In this document: positions 12,739 through 25,570 of the stretch, piece after piece
Numbering within the stretch: the stretch's first letter is position 1
Layout: every line of letters starts with the position of its first letter
Assembly (NCBI RefSeq): GCF_009914755.1
Contig: NC_060942.1
Length of the DNA stretch: 64,000 nucleotides
Origin: the human T2T-CHM13v2.0 reference genome, Homo sapiens
Reading direction: 5' to 3' (one strand)
Position numbers and translations under genes: made by a program
Notes under the pieces: model-generated
The model's input: the letters and a program-made list of their open reading frames with translations, nothing else
What the model was told of the DNA's origin: nothing
Database searches by the model: none

Positions 12739-15705
12739 GAGTGATGTCATCAAGATAGCAAAATAGGAGTTTCCAGTTTTCATACTCTTAGAGAAACAGT
12801 TTGAACAACCATCCACACACAAAAATACCTTCACAAGAACTAAGGAATCCAGGTGAGAGATTAGCACCTGAATGGAGCACAGGAATAAGGAAAGACTCAT
12901 TGAAAAAGGAAGGAGAGTTTCACATTAACTCATACCACTCTTCCCCCAAGTCCACATAGCACAATATGGAGATACTCTCCACATGGAAGGAGAACGAAGC
13001 GAGCACTCAACTTCACTGTGGACCCCAATACTAGGTCCCTCCCCCTCCCCAGAGTGAACCTTGATGCCAGGCTGGCCCCTGCAGACCCAGGTGCCAGGAC
13101 TGCAGCTACAGGCCTAGCCTCCAGGCCCACCCTAGCTCCAGGCAAGTCCTCGCAGCCACATGCTCCAGGCCTACCCCAGCACAAGGGTGGCCTCTGCAGC
13201 CCAGGTACCAGGTTGGCCCTTGCAGACCCAGATACCGCCTACTCATGCAGACCCAAACTCCAGGCCTGTCCCATGGACCCAGGCCCCAAGCTGGCCCTTG
13301 TAAACCCAGGCAGCAAGCTAACCTGCCTGAGGACTCCAGCAGCAGGCCTTCATATGGAAGCACCCTTGCCCAGATAATCTCTGGGTGGGCTGACTGATAA
13401 AGGGCTCTCCTTGCCAAAGCCAGTTTATAAAGACTGGAAGAGGTGCTTACTTCTTTAAATACTCAGATACCAATGCAAGGGCACAAGGATCATGAATAAT
13501 CAGGGAACATGACATCACCAAATACACAAAATAAAGCACCAATAATGAAACCTAAAGAAATGGAGATCTACAAACAGCCTGACAAAGAATTCAAAATAAT
13601 AATCTTAAAGAAGCTCAGTGAGCTACAAGAGAACACCAATAGACAACTAAACAAAAATCAAGAAAATAATACATGAGCAAAATTAGAAGTTCAACAACAA
13701 AGAGATAGAAAGCATAAAAAAGACCCAAACAGAAATTCTGGAGATAAAGCACGCATGATTGAATTGAAAAATCCATAGAGATTTCAACAGTAGACTCAAT
13801 TAAGCAGAAGAAAGAATCAGCAATCTCAAAGATAGGACATTTGTAGTTATTCAATCAGAAGAGCAAGAAAAGTGTGAAGAAATCCTAGAGACTTATGGAC
13901 TGCCAGCAAGCAAATCAATATATGCATTATAGGTGTTCCAGAAGGAGTGGAGAATGAAAAAGGGGAAGAAAGCTTATTTAAAGAAACAGTGATGGAAAAC
14001 TTCCCAAATTTAGAGAGGGAAATAAACATCCAGATCCATGAAGCCCAAAGAACCCCAAATAGATTAAACATAAAGAGATATTTACCAAGACACATTATAA
14101 TAAAATTCTCAAAAGTCAAGGACAATGAGAATTTTGAAAGCAGCAAAGAAATCCATTTATCACATATAAGGGAACTTCCCCATAAGAATATTGGCATATT
14201 TCTCAACAGAAACCTTGCAGGCCAGGAGAGAGTGGGATGATATATTCAAAGTGCTGGAAAAAAAAAGTCAACCAAGAATATTATACTCGGCAAAGCTGTC
14301 CTCCAGAAATTTAGGAGTGATAATGATTTTCCCGGACAAACAAAAGCTTAGGGAGTTTATCACCACTAAATCTGCCTTACCAGAAATGCTGAATGTTCTT
14401 CAAATTGAAATGAAAGCTCACTAATAGCATGAAAAAATATTAAAGGATAAAACTTACTGTAAAGGTAAGAATATAGTCAAATTCAGAATGTTCTAATACT
14501 GTAATGGTGAGTCATAAGTCACCTGTAACCCCAGCATAAAAGTAGAAAGACAAAAGTATTAAAAATAAGTATAGCTACAGTAATTTGTTAATGGATACAT
14601 AATATATAATGTAAATTGTGACATCAGTAACATAAAATGTGTGAGAAGAAAAAGTATAGTTTTTGTTTACAGTTGAAGTTAAGTTGTTATCAGCTTAAAT
14701 AAACTGTTACAACTAAAAGATATTTTATGTATGCCTCATGGTAACTAAAAAGAAAAAAATTGTAATAGATACACAAAAGAGAAAGAGAAAGGAATCAAAG
14801 CATACGCTATGAAAAAATTATCGCATCACAAAGAAGACAGCAAAAGAGGAAGAAACAATCAAAGGAACTACAAAACAGTTGAGAACAATTAACAAAATGG
14901 TGGTAGTAATTTCTAACCTATCAATAATTACTTTAAATTTAAATGGATGAAATTCTCCAATCAAAAGACATAGAATCACTGAATGGATTTTAAAATAAAA
15001 TCCAACCCTGTGCTGCCTACAAGAGACTTGGTTTAGCTTTAAGGATATACATAGGCTGAAAGTGAAAGAGACAGAAAAAGATATTCCATGCAAATGGTAA
15101 CCAAAAGAGAGCAGGGGTGTTTATACTTATATCAGACAAAATATATCTGCACTCTCATGATCATTGTAGCATCATTCACAATAGCCAAGATATGAAATCC
15201 ACCTAAGTGCCCATTCATGGATGAGTGGCTGAAGAACATGTTATTGACATATACACACAGAGACACACACACAACAAAACATCATTCAGCCTTGAGAAAT
15301 GTGTAATGAACCTGGAGGATGTTATGCTAAGTGAAATAAGCTGGGTATAGAAAAACAGTAATGTGTGATCTCACTCGTATGTGGAATCTAAGAAAGTTGA
15401 ACTCACAAGCAGAGAGAATGGTGGTTGCCAGGGGATTGGGGGTGGAGGAAGTGATGTTGATCAAAGGGTACAAAGTTTTAGTTATACAAGATTAATCACT
15501 TCCAGAGATCTAACATGCAGCATGGTGACTATAGCTAATAATACTATAGTGCATACTTGAATTTTTCTAAGACAGTAGATCTTAAATGTTCTCACCACAC
15601 ACAAAATGGTAACTGTGCAAAGTGATGGATATATTCATTAGCTTGATTGTGGTAATCATTGCACAATGCATTCATATATCAAAACACTACAGTGTGCACT
15701 TTTAA
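12739..15705 (+). mobile_element. Second L1 (L1MA9/L1MB-like) nested in the first: 5'UTR, ORF1, ORF2 start, then a jump to the 3'UTR
   Basis: 5' end GAGTGATGTCATCAAGATAGC. ORF1p remnants 'ENFPNLEREINIQIHEAQRTPNR..PRHIIIKF' and 'FSTETLQARREWDDIFKVL..QPRILYSAKLS..FPDKQKLREFITT'. The 3'UTR has CAAAGGGTACAAAGTTTTAG...GTAGATCTTAAATGTTCTCACCAC. Confidence 0.8.
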
Positions 15706-15734
15706 TTAGACATCAATAAAGTGGGACAAATGAA

Positions 15735-16527
15735 TACAATAAGATGTCACCACACAGCTATCAGAATGCCTAAAATTAAAAACGGTGATATCAAGTGCTG
15801 GCAAGGATGCTGAGAAACTGTTTCTCTCATACATTGCTGGTGGGAATGTCAAGTAGTACAACCACTCCAGAAAGAATTTGGCAGTTGCTTTAAAAACTAA
15901 ATATGCAACTAGCCAGTCAGTAAGGGGGAAAAGGATAAATTGAATTTTATCAAAAGTAAAACCTGTTGCTCTGATGAGCATTTACCCCAGAGAGGAAAAG
16001 CAAACTGTGTGGAAATGCTTATACCACTGTGTTCATAATAGCCAAATCCTGGAAATAACCAAAATGTTCTCCCACTTGTGGTTAAACAAACTCTGGTGCA
16101 TCCATCCCATGGAATACTACTCTGCAGTAAAAAGGGATGAACTCCTGATGTATTCAGCAACCCAGATGAATCTCCAGGGAATTATTCTGAATGGAAAAAG
16201 CCAATCCTAAAAGGTTACGTAGGGTGTGGTTCAACATTCATAACATTCTTGAAGTGACAATATTATGACGATGAAGAACAGATGAACAGTTCCCAGGGGT
16301 TCAGGAGGAGGTGGCTGGGAAGGCAGGGGGTGTGGCTGTGAATCCGCAGGAGGGGCCCTTGTGTGAGGAGAGCTCTGTGTCTGGATGTGTCCATGTCGGC
16401 GTCCCGGTGGAGAAGGCGTTCCACGGTTTTGGGGAGGCTACCACGGGGAAAACTGAGTAAAGGGTGCAAGGGTGCCCGTGTATTTTCTCTTACAACTGCA
16501 TGTGAATCTGCAATTACCTCAAAATTT
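15735..16527 (+). mobile_element. 3' end of the host L1 (L1MC1/2-like)
   Basis: Ends CTTACAACTGCATGTGAATCTGCAATTACCTCAAAAT, and resumes the L1 sequence interrupted at about 12735. Confidence 0.7.
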
Positions 16528-16846
16528 GATTTTGAAACTTTTTGGAGCAATTATATGCAGCTGTACTGTACATACCCTGCTTTGTGGATAAGAGTTATTA
16601 ATTACCAAATTTCTATGTGTATTATAGACTTGGAGATTGTGTCCCATAAATCATAATTGAAAAATAATTGTCAATTTCTCAGTCAAAAACATGGCTAAAA
16701 ATGGATCTCATTAGCAAGTTCTCTTCTGAACAGAACCAAAACCTTGCTAATTAGATCTTATATACTTCATTTTATACACGTGTGTATTTATGAAAAATAA
16801 AACCCCTTTATAATTTATGGAACTTTGGCATATAGAAAATAAAAGT

Positions 16847-17469
<623 letters not shown>

Positions 17470-18287
17470 AGAAAATAAAAGTATTTCAAATCAAAATAGT
17501 TGAGACTCACATGTGAACTCATATGTGTATCAGAAAGAGATTACAGGAATGATGCTAATATTACTCATCTTTAGTTTACAACAAAAATCTCCTGAGTCAT
17601 ATTTTATTCAAAATTATTTATGTTTGGCTTTTTTTAACCCATGGGTGATTATAGTCTTAATTCATCTAATGTTTTTCTTGATAGGACAAGTAAGAATTGA
17701 AAAATAAAAAATTCATTGGCACACTAAATATTAGCCTGGAACTGAAGTTAGATACATTGTATTTTAGACAGTTCTCAGCTGCAGTCGTATGCTCACTGAT
17801 TGGTTGAAGAAGTCATCTTGTTTGGATGGTTTTTCCAGTTGTCGCATGGCCCTGTTTGTGAACCCGTGTCACCGCCGAGGTTAACAGTTCCAGCTGAAAG
17901 GCAAAGTGTGCATCTGGATGAAGGCCCCACTGAGGAGCCTAGAATAGTCTTCCTGAAAGGTGTGTGTAGGTCGCAAGGGTCTCATTTCCTGCAAACGAAC
18001 TCGTTTGGCCACAGGGCAGCCGGTGGTAAGAAGACATGGGGAAGGTAAGTGACACCTGAACCAAATTTGTGAAGATGCCAGAACAGAGGCAGGCAGCGGC
18101 TGATGAAAGCATTTATCTGCAATGGCTGGATTATCTGGCAACATCTACTGCATGACAAATGCTTTAAGTCCTGAACAGTTGGCTTCTGAGCTTCAGTGAA
18201 AAATCCTCTGAGCTTCCTCCTTGCTTTGCTCCTCCTCGGATGTCAGCCCTCCTGGCCTCGTACAAGGTCCCCCAGGTGCCTTGGGAT

Positions 18288-18495
18288 GTGGGGCTTCTCC
18301 GTCTGGAACTGTGGACGTTTGGGGTCGGATAGCTTTGCTGGGAGCCATCCTGGGCACTGTGGGTGTTGAACAGTATCCCTGGCCTCCATGCCTCCATGCC
18401 AGGAGCATCCCCAGTCAAGACAATCAAAACCTGGACATTGCCAGGTGCCCCGTGGGAACTGAGGGTCGCAGTGGATCCCAGTCGAGAAGCCCTGG
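18288..18495 (-). mobile_element. MER20-like hAT DNA transposon relic
   Basis: GGACGTTTGGGGTCGGATAG...ATCCCTGGCCTC...GACATTGCCAGGTGCCCC resembles reverse-complemented MER20. Confidence 0.6.
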
Positions 18496-19314
18496 TCTGG
18501 AAACCACGCTAAGCGATCTTTACCCGGCAGTGCGGACCACGCTCCCTGTGGAAGCCTTGGTGGGTCTTGCTCATGTAGATTAACAGCCCCACTAACTGCA
18601 AAGCACCCGCCCCATGAGCCCTCATCCATGTATGTAATAAGCATGTACAGAGATTCTAATTTTAACTCAGAATGGTAAATATTATTATATCCCAGTGACT
18701 TCTCCTTATTGATTACATTTGAAAAATCCTGATACTCTGGGTAGTGGCAGTTGCAGCTTTTCCCGGTGACACACACTCATGTTGCATGTAGAACCGCACT
18801 TGCTCTGGCATCCTGGAGGCTGGCACCTGGCTTGCTGGCGGCAGTGGGGCCACGTGTCCCCTGGGCCGGGCTCATGATCAGGGATGGTGGTGACACAATG
18901 CCCGAGGCACTAAACTTGTGGTCCAATTAAGCCACAATTTAATTTAAACTGCTTGAGAGTCCATTTCATTTATGTATGTGTATTTAGCCAGATTTAAACA
19001 AAATAGTCACTGTTTTCCTTGGGACTGAAGGAGTGGATTGGCAGGGGGGAATCCTGGGCAAACAGGGAGTGAGGGATGGGGTGCGGTGCATGGACCCTGA
19101 CCTGGGGCCCTGAGCACAGCGAACTTGCAGAGCTTCTCCCGGTGAAGGCAGAATGTCTGAAACCCTAGCGTGGGCTCAGCAGCTGCCAGGGGCCAGTGAT
19201 GAACGCCAACCTCATCTGTCCTCGATCCCTGAGGCTAATGGTGACGCATATGCTTCTAAGTAGGGTTTGCCTTTTGCTTGGAAGGAAATGTTATAATTAT
19301 TTCACCCTAACCCG

Positions 19315-19693
19315 CTGCATTCGTTGCTTAGAGCTGCGCAGCCTAAAACACCAGAAATGTATTCTCTCAACCCCGGGAGTCCCAAGTACAGAGTAGGGGT
19401 CCGCAGGCCTGTGCTGTCTCTGAACCGCTGGGGAGGGGCCTGCGTTGCCGCTCGGGCTCCTGCAGCACCGGCCATCGTCAGCCCTCCTTGGCTGTGACCT
19501 CGGCCTCTGCATCCCACGGCCTCAGTGTCGGCCTCTCCCCTCTTATGGGGACATCCGTCCCTGGACTCAGGCCCACCCTAGGGGCCTTGTCTTAGCCACA
19601 CGCGAAAAGACCCTGTTTCCCCATGAAGTCCGTCTCACAGGTCCCGGGGCTGAGACTCGCACACACTTCCGGGGACGCAGTGGAACCCACAGC
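19315..19693 (-). mobile_element. MLT1-like MaLR LTR relic, GC-shifted
   Basis: AAAACACCAGAAATGTATTCTCTCA...TCTTATGGGGACA...AAAGACCCTGTTTCC...CACAGGTCCCGGGG. Confidence 0.6.
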
Positions 19694-20895
19694 TCTGCCT
19701 TTGGGCAGCAGCCGCGTGGGGGAAGGAGGTGGGGACGGTGGCCCACGGGCTGGGGCACAGCTGGACGGTTCTGTGTATTTCGCTGAAGAAGCATCCTGTC
19801 GCCATGCCTGCCCCCGGGAGCTTCCGTTCCCCAGAGGCCGCGGCATTCCCGGTGAAGCCAGACTGCCCGGCTGGAAGAGCCTCCTCCCTGAGGAGTGGCC
19901 CCGGGCAGGTGGCCTCAGCCCTCTGTGCCTCGGTCCGCATGGGGCCCTGGTACCCACGGCATAGGCTGTTAGGGGTTAATGAACGCCTGGCGCCTGTGAA
20001 TTTCTCTGTGTTTGTTGAATCAACAAAGTAAAAGAGCCGTGGATAATGAGTGCTTCCTGGACACGGGACCCGTGCGGACACAGGAGAGGCCTGGGCCCGC
20101 GTTCTCCCTCCCACGCAGGCCACTCGGCCGCTCTGCACGCCAGGCCCCGCCTCCACATCGAGCCCCTCTGCCAGCCCCACCCTGTCTTCAGTCAGCCTCC
20201 CTTAGAGGGAGCCCAGACCTCGCAGCCTGGACCCCTCAACCTCCACAGCCTCCCCAGAGGGGCCTCCGAGCGTGGTCCCGTCCTTAGCCCCTAATTCCTT
20301 TATTCGGAATTCTAATGTTCTCACTGAGCTCTGACTAGGCGCAGGCGACGTCCCGGGCAGCAGAAAACAAATCACACACAACCCGCCCTCCCAGCGCTGA
20401 GCTGCTGGGGGGCACAGGCGCCCCTCTTGGCTCAGAAGGTGGGGCCCTGCACCCCCATCTGACCCCATCCTCTGCCCTGTGCTGGGGCAGGTGCGTCCGA
20501 CCTCATCCGGGGCAAGGTCGTCCGCGTGCAGGAGCCGCATCTGGACAGGCCGCACCTGCCTTCCCTCCCCGCCTTGCTCTGCGTCAGCCTAGGAGCCTCC
20601 TGTCCTGGCCGCGGGTTACACCAAGCGCGGCGGTAAAGACAACCGTTGTTTCTTAGCTGTCGTGGTTTCTGAGGGCCCAGCGCGGACGCTTGCCTTTCTC
20701 TGCTGCGTGAAGTCTGGGCCTCGGCTGGAGGCAGAGCGGAGGCTGGGGCCACCGGAAGCCTTGTTCTCGCGTGGCTGGGGGCTGATGCTGGCTGCCGGCC
20801 GCCCTGGGTGGCGTGGGAGCAGGAGCGCGTGGAAGACCCAGCCTCTCTGAGAGCCCCCCACGTAATCACACAGTGAGAGGTCCGCTGTGGTTTAG

Positions 20896-21022
20896 TGGGA
20901 GGAACCCGAGACTCCACCCAGGCTGAGTGGGAGGGAGGCGAGACCCCACCTGGCCGTGGGAGGAACCCGAGACCCCACCCAGGCTCAGTGGGAGGGAACG
21001 GAGACCCCACCTGGCCGTAGGA
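20896..21022. repeat. About 61-bp dimeric tandem duplication
   Basis: GTGGGAGGAACCCGAGACYCCACCCAGGCTSAGTGGGAGGG...GAGACCCCACCTGGCCGT twice. Confidence 0.8.
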
Positions 21023-21149
21023 GGAGTGTCCCGCGCACCTAAAGGGCTGACAGGGCCGTGTGAAAACCCGCCGGGGTCGCTGGTCCTGGCTCTCCTGACC
21101 TTCTGCCTCCCCGCTACCCTCATCCATGTACCCAGCACACACGTGCACA

Positions 21150-21297
21150 CATACGTGGATAAATGGAATAAACATAAACTTCACCCAGACAGCCGAAGCC
21201 CCTCCCTCTGTCTAATCACATGCATGGATACATGGATATATAAATAAATATCAACTTTACTCATACAGCCGAAGCCCCTCCCTCTCTCTAATCACAT
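21150..21297. repeat. About 76-bp tandem duplication
   Basis: ACAGCCGAAGCCCCTCCCTCTSTCTAATCACAT at 21189 and 21265. Confidence 0.8.
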
Positions 21298-21450
21298 CTT
21301 CCTCCCTCTCCATGCAGAGGTGATTAAAGTTTGTATAAAATTGGGATTATTCTGTTCCTTGAATATCTGGTAGAACTCTTGATAAAGTCATTTGAGTTTG
21401 ATTTGTAAAGAGATTTGTAATTACTCTTTCAGTTCTTTAGCAATTTTGTA

Positions 21451-21545
21451 TTTATTCAGAGTTCCTATTTCTTAAGTCAATTCTAGTAGTCCATGTTTTA
21501 TTCAGAGTTCCTATTTCTGAAGTCAATTCTAGTCCATGTTTTATT
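21451..21545. repeat. About 46-bp tandem duplication in old L1-like DNA
   Basis: TTTATTCAGAGTTCCTATTTCTKAAGTCAATTCTAG twice. Confidence 0.8.
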
Positions 21546-22008
21546 GTCTTTATTGGCATGAAGCCATCCAGAGTGTTTTCTCATGACGTTCTCTTCTCTA
21601 CCAGATCTGATGTTATTTTCTTTTCTGATCTTCATCTTTAAATTTGAGCCTTCTCTTCTTTCCCCTCGATTCTGTTATTGTTTCCTTTCCTGCTCGTCGT
21701 TTTGAGAATGCGTTTTGGCCTCTCTGCCTTTCTTTGGGTTTTCACAGTAAGACAATCTGAAATTTTTTAGCTATGATGAGTTTCTTCTTAAAGTTACTAA
21801 GCGTACAGGCTTCATAGTGTAAATCCTTTTCTGTGAGTTTCTTTGTATAAAACTAAGAGAGATCATGGCCCAGTAAGAACTCAAACGCACGTTGCTTTTG
21901 TACCCACGAGGGCAGGCGTCGGACCAGGTGGTTCAAGACCAGGTGGCCGCACAGAGTGGACGGGGCCTGCGGTTCCAGCTCTCATGCCGAACATCCGTGG
22001 AGTCTTCG

Positions 22009-22532
22009 TGTTACCAGAAAGGGGTCCCAATCCAGACCCCCAGAGAGGGTTCTTGGACCTTGTGCAAGAAAGAATTCAGGACATGTCTGCCGTGTGCAGC
22101 AAAAGCAAGTTTATTAAGAAAGTAAAGGTGAATCGGCAGCTGCTGCATAGACAGAGCAGGACGTTCCCGAGAGTAAGAGGAGGAACACGTACAATGCTTG
22201 TTTATATATAAGACAAAAAAAAAGTTCATAGGGAGATGTGCTCTGCTACAAGGGTTTGTGATAAAGGATTGATTTTCTTTATTAGTATATTTTGCAAGAA
22301 TCAATATTATCTTTAAAGCAAAATTGGGAATGCTTCTGTTCTCAAGATATCGGGATATCAGGACACTCCTAAGTCTGGGTCTGTTTAGTAAACGTTATCA
22401 ATCTGTTCCCGTAGCCATAAGCATCTAGAGTCTAGGAATACCCAACTTCCTGGGAGTCAGCCCAGCAAGTCCCAGCCTCACTTTCCAGCCCTCAGTCAAG
22501 ATGGAGTAGCTCCGGCTGGAGCGCCTCCGACA
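22009..22532 (-). mobile_element. MER41-family solo LTR (ERV1; MER41C/D-like)
   Basis: TGTTACCAGAAAGGGGTCCCAATCCAGACCCC...CAAGATGGAGTAGCTCCGGCTGGAGCGCCTCCGACA matches reverse-complemented MER41 termini. Confidence 0.85.
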
Positions 22533-22629
22533 CTCAGAGGATGCACATGATATTAAACCAGTAAGAGCAGACACTGCAGATACTACCCTTGATCTCAAGG
22601 AAGTGACCTGATAGCCTTTTCAAGCTACG

Positions 22630-22903
22630 CTGTGTGTGTGCATGTGCGGGTGTGTGAGAGTGTGTGTGTATGTGCGGTGTGCAAGTGTGAGTGAATGTGT
22701 GTGAATGTGTCAATGTGTGTGAATGTGTATGCCTGTGTGAATGTGTGTGTGAACGTGCATGTGTGTGAATGTGTATGCCTGTGTGAATGTATGTGTGTGT
22801 GTGACTGTGTGAATGCGTGTGTGAATGTGCATTGTGTGAATGTGTGTGAATGTGCATGTGAATGGGTGTGTGTGAATATGAGTGTGTGTGCACGTGTGCG
22901 TGT
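22630..22903. repeat. (TG)n/(TGAA) microsatellite
   Basis: tgtgtgaatgtg run. Confidence 0.93.
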
Positions 22904-22909
22904 GAGGAC

Positions 22910-23105
22910 TTATGCACCAGGACTATTCTAGGCATCTGCATTGGCTGTCAGTCCTCACAACAGCCTTGTAAGGTAGGTGCTATTCTATTAGGATTTATTT
23001 TCGTTTTATAGATGCAGAATGTGAGGCTTAGCAAAATTAAGTCGGTTTTTCAGGGCTGTTTGGCCCTTGCGGACCGCGGCACTCACCTGGGTCCGTCTGC
23101 ACTAG
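22910..23105 (-). mobile_element. MIR SINE relic
   Basis: CCTCACAACAGCCTTGTAAGGTAGG...TTTTATAGATGCAGAATGTGAGGCT core. Confidence 0.65.
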
Positions 23106-23787
23106 CTCTAATTGTTAACGCTGCAATGAGGCTCTGCTCGTTAGACATCCTGTGAGGACTTGGGTTGGGGCCGGAATTGGGGGGATGGCAAGCGCTGTGT
23201 GTGCATGAGTGACACTTCACTACCGCCAGCAGGGTCCCCCGCCTCCAGTGACCTTGTTTCGGGGAAGCGCGCTCCCATTTCCCAAGCGCCCGCTCCGGGG
23301 AAAACGTGGCGTGGGCATCGTTATTTCCAATAACGCGCCATCTATCTCCAGCAGCGCAAACGATGCCTGCTCTGAACAGTTCAACCCCATGAGGAACATT
23401 TTGTATTCAACTTAATCTTTGCTTTATGTCTGTAATATCAAAGCATGTCTAAAGAGCCCGTGCACGGTCAGAATCTATTTAATTGTGCATAAGCGATTTC
23501 GACTTTAATTAAGGAAGCGGGGGAAGCGTTCCCTTAGCTCTCAGCCCCTGCACTCGCAGAGAGCATCTCAGTACAGGGGCCACTGGGAGCCCAGTTCCAG
23601 CCTCCTTTGAGGTGCCTGGGACCACTTGGGCTTCGCCCCGACAGTGACGATCGCATTCCTCGAAGATCACCGTTGTCCATGCGGATGGCGGCTCACCAGC
23701 GCCTGCACCTGGGCGTGGGCCACCCTCTGGAGATGAGCTGGACTTTGAAGCCACCGACGGGGAATGAAGTGGCTTCTCCAGCTTCCC

Positions 23788-23817
23788 GGCCAATCAGGGG
23801 CGGAGCCGTAATTAAAG
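23788..23817 (+). promoter_or_regulatory. CCAAT box, GC box and TAATTAAA cluster (candidate promoter)
   Basis: GGCCAATCAG-GGGCGGAGC-CG-TAATTAAAG are contiguous. Confidence 0.4.
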
Positions 23818-23821
23818 TCCA

Positions 23822-23936
23822 GGCCTCCTGCCCGGTTCAGGGTTCTTTCTGGTACAAACCAGTGTCCCTGTGAGGACGGGCCTCCTGCCCAGTTCAGGGT
23901 TCTTTCTGGTACAAAGCAATGTCCGTGTGGGGATGC
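23822..23936. repeat. About 57-bp tandem duplication
   Basis: GGCCTCCTGCCCRGTTCAGGGTTCTTTCTGGTACAAA twice. Confidence 0.85.
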
Positions 23937-24139
23937 AGCCTCCTACCTTAGCAGAGTCTTTGTCATTTCTTTGGGGGTACCTGTGTCAGTGCAGACCAGT
24001 TCCACCCACTCCCACCGTGGGGCAGGCCCTGGGCTGGACACGGCACCGCGTGGATGCCCCGTGTGTGCTGGACGCCGAGAGCATCCCAGGCAGTCTGAGA
24101 CCATTCCTTCCCTTGTCTGTCCCTGCGGCAGTGCGTCCT

Positions 24140-24690
24140 GGTCACTTGTGTGTGCCCTGAAGTGTTCCCAGGAATACGAGGGTGGGCAAAGCGGACAGTG
24201 GGCATGTCCTCGAGACGTTTACATCCTAGCGGGAGTGGACAGAAAATAACACTGGGTAAAAATAATGCACTAATCATTTAGTGCTTTAGGGGAGAAAAGA
24301 AAGAACGCAGCAAAGTGAGGTGGGCCTGGGCTTCAGCGTGAACCAAGTGGTGCAGGTGAGTCTGACGAGAGGTCAGGTTTGAGCAAACGCTGAGCGTGAG
24401 GGGTCACCATGGGGTGAGGGGTCACCGTAGGCGTCACCGAGCAGCTGTTCAGGCAGAGGAATGGCTGTGCTGAGGCCTGAGGCGGGACTCACCTGGGTGC
24501 CGAGGGGAGCAAGGAGAGGCAGGACAGACCAGCCTAGTTAGGGCTGTGAGCTCTGGCGTTTTGAGCAGAGGGTGGTGTGCAGTGTTAGGAGGCCCCTCTG
24601 ATAGCTGAGCTGGGAACAGAGGGCAAGAGGAGGAGGCGGGAACCTGCTAGGGCTGTGGGTGCAGCGGACAGGAAGCTCAGAGCAGAGGCT
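24140..24690 (-). mobile_element. L2 LINE 3' relic
   Basis: TGTCCTCGAGACGTTTACATCCTAGCGGGA and CAGGCAGAGGAATGGCTGTGC resemble antisense L2. Confidence 0.5.
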
Positions 24691-25570
24691 GCAGCGAGTC
24701 AGGAGCTTCCAGATGCCAGGCAGCCGGTGTCAGCAGCACGTAGCTGTGGGTGACCCCCAAGGACTCTGGCGGAAGGCCTGAGTGGGACTAGAGGCCAGGC
24801 CCAAAGCCTCAACATCTGTGCTGGGGGGATGGCCCCGCGCCGGGGACAGATGTGGCTCCCTCCAGGGCCCGAGACGGGCGCCACCCCAGGGCGGGCACTA
24901 CTTGAGTGGCAGGTGCCTCGACCCTGTGGGCCTCAGGGCCAAGTGGGGAGCTGGCTCAGGGGGCTTCCCCCTCTGGTTTCCAACCTCGGGGTCCAGCCTG
25001 TGAAACAGCACAGACCAGTTTCCAGTGGAATCCACCACGCATGGGAGGAATGAGCAGGCCGATGTCCAGGGTAGCCCTGCCTGGTTCCAACCCCGTTCTG
25101 CAGGCGGCCCCTGGGGAGCACTGGCTGCACCTACAACTGTTTCCTGGTCGTGGGCTCAGGCATCCAGGACTGGCCGCGGAGGGAAGGCAGGGGGCTGCCT
25201 GTCCACAGGAGGAGCAGAGCCCGGCCTTCTGCTTCCATCACTGCCCGGCAGAGCCTCACTGTCCCAGCCCCGTTCACCAGAGCCCCCAGCCCCTGTGTGA
25301 GGGCAGCAGTGGCCGTGTGTGCCTGGGTGCCGTGTCCTGCCTGGGCGCCGTCACAACACTCACATGCAGAAACACAAGAGCTTTCCCATTCCCCAAGCTC
25401 GGCATCAATTTCCCCTGGTTACGTTTATTTTAAAAGTAAATGTTACAGAGGTCCCCGTGGAGGGCCCAGGGGTGCACGATTCCTCATCCTCAAAGAGCCT
25501 TTAATGATAGACCTCCTGCCTTCCGTAAGGCTGGTAAAATCCAAGTCTTTATACATTGCCTTTCATTGGC

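Noticed and set aside
22009-22532. MER41 as an interferon-inducible STAT1 enhancer
   Set aside because: That activity is known mainly for MER41B with tandem GAS sites. I found no TTCNNNGAA here by eye, and the sequence looks like another MER41 subfamily.
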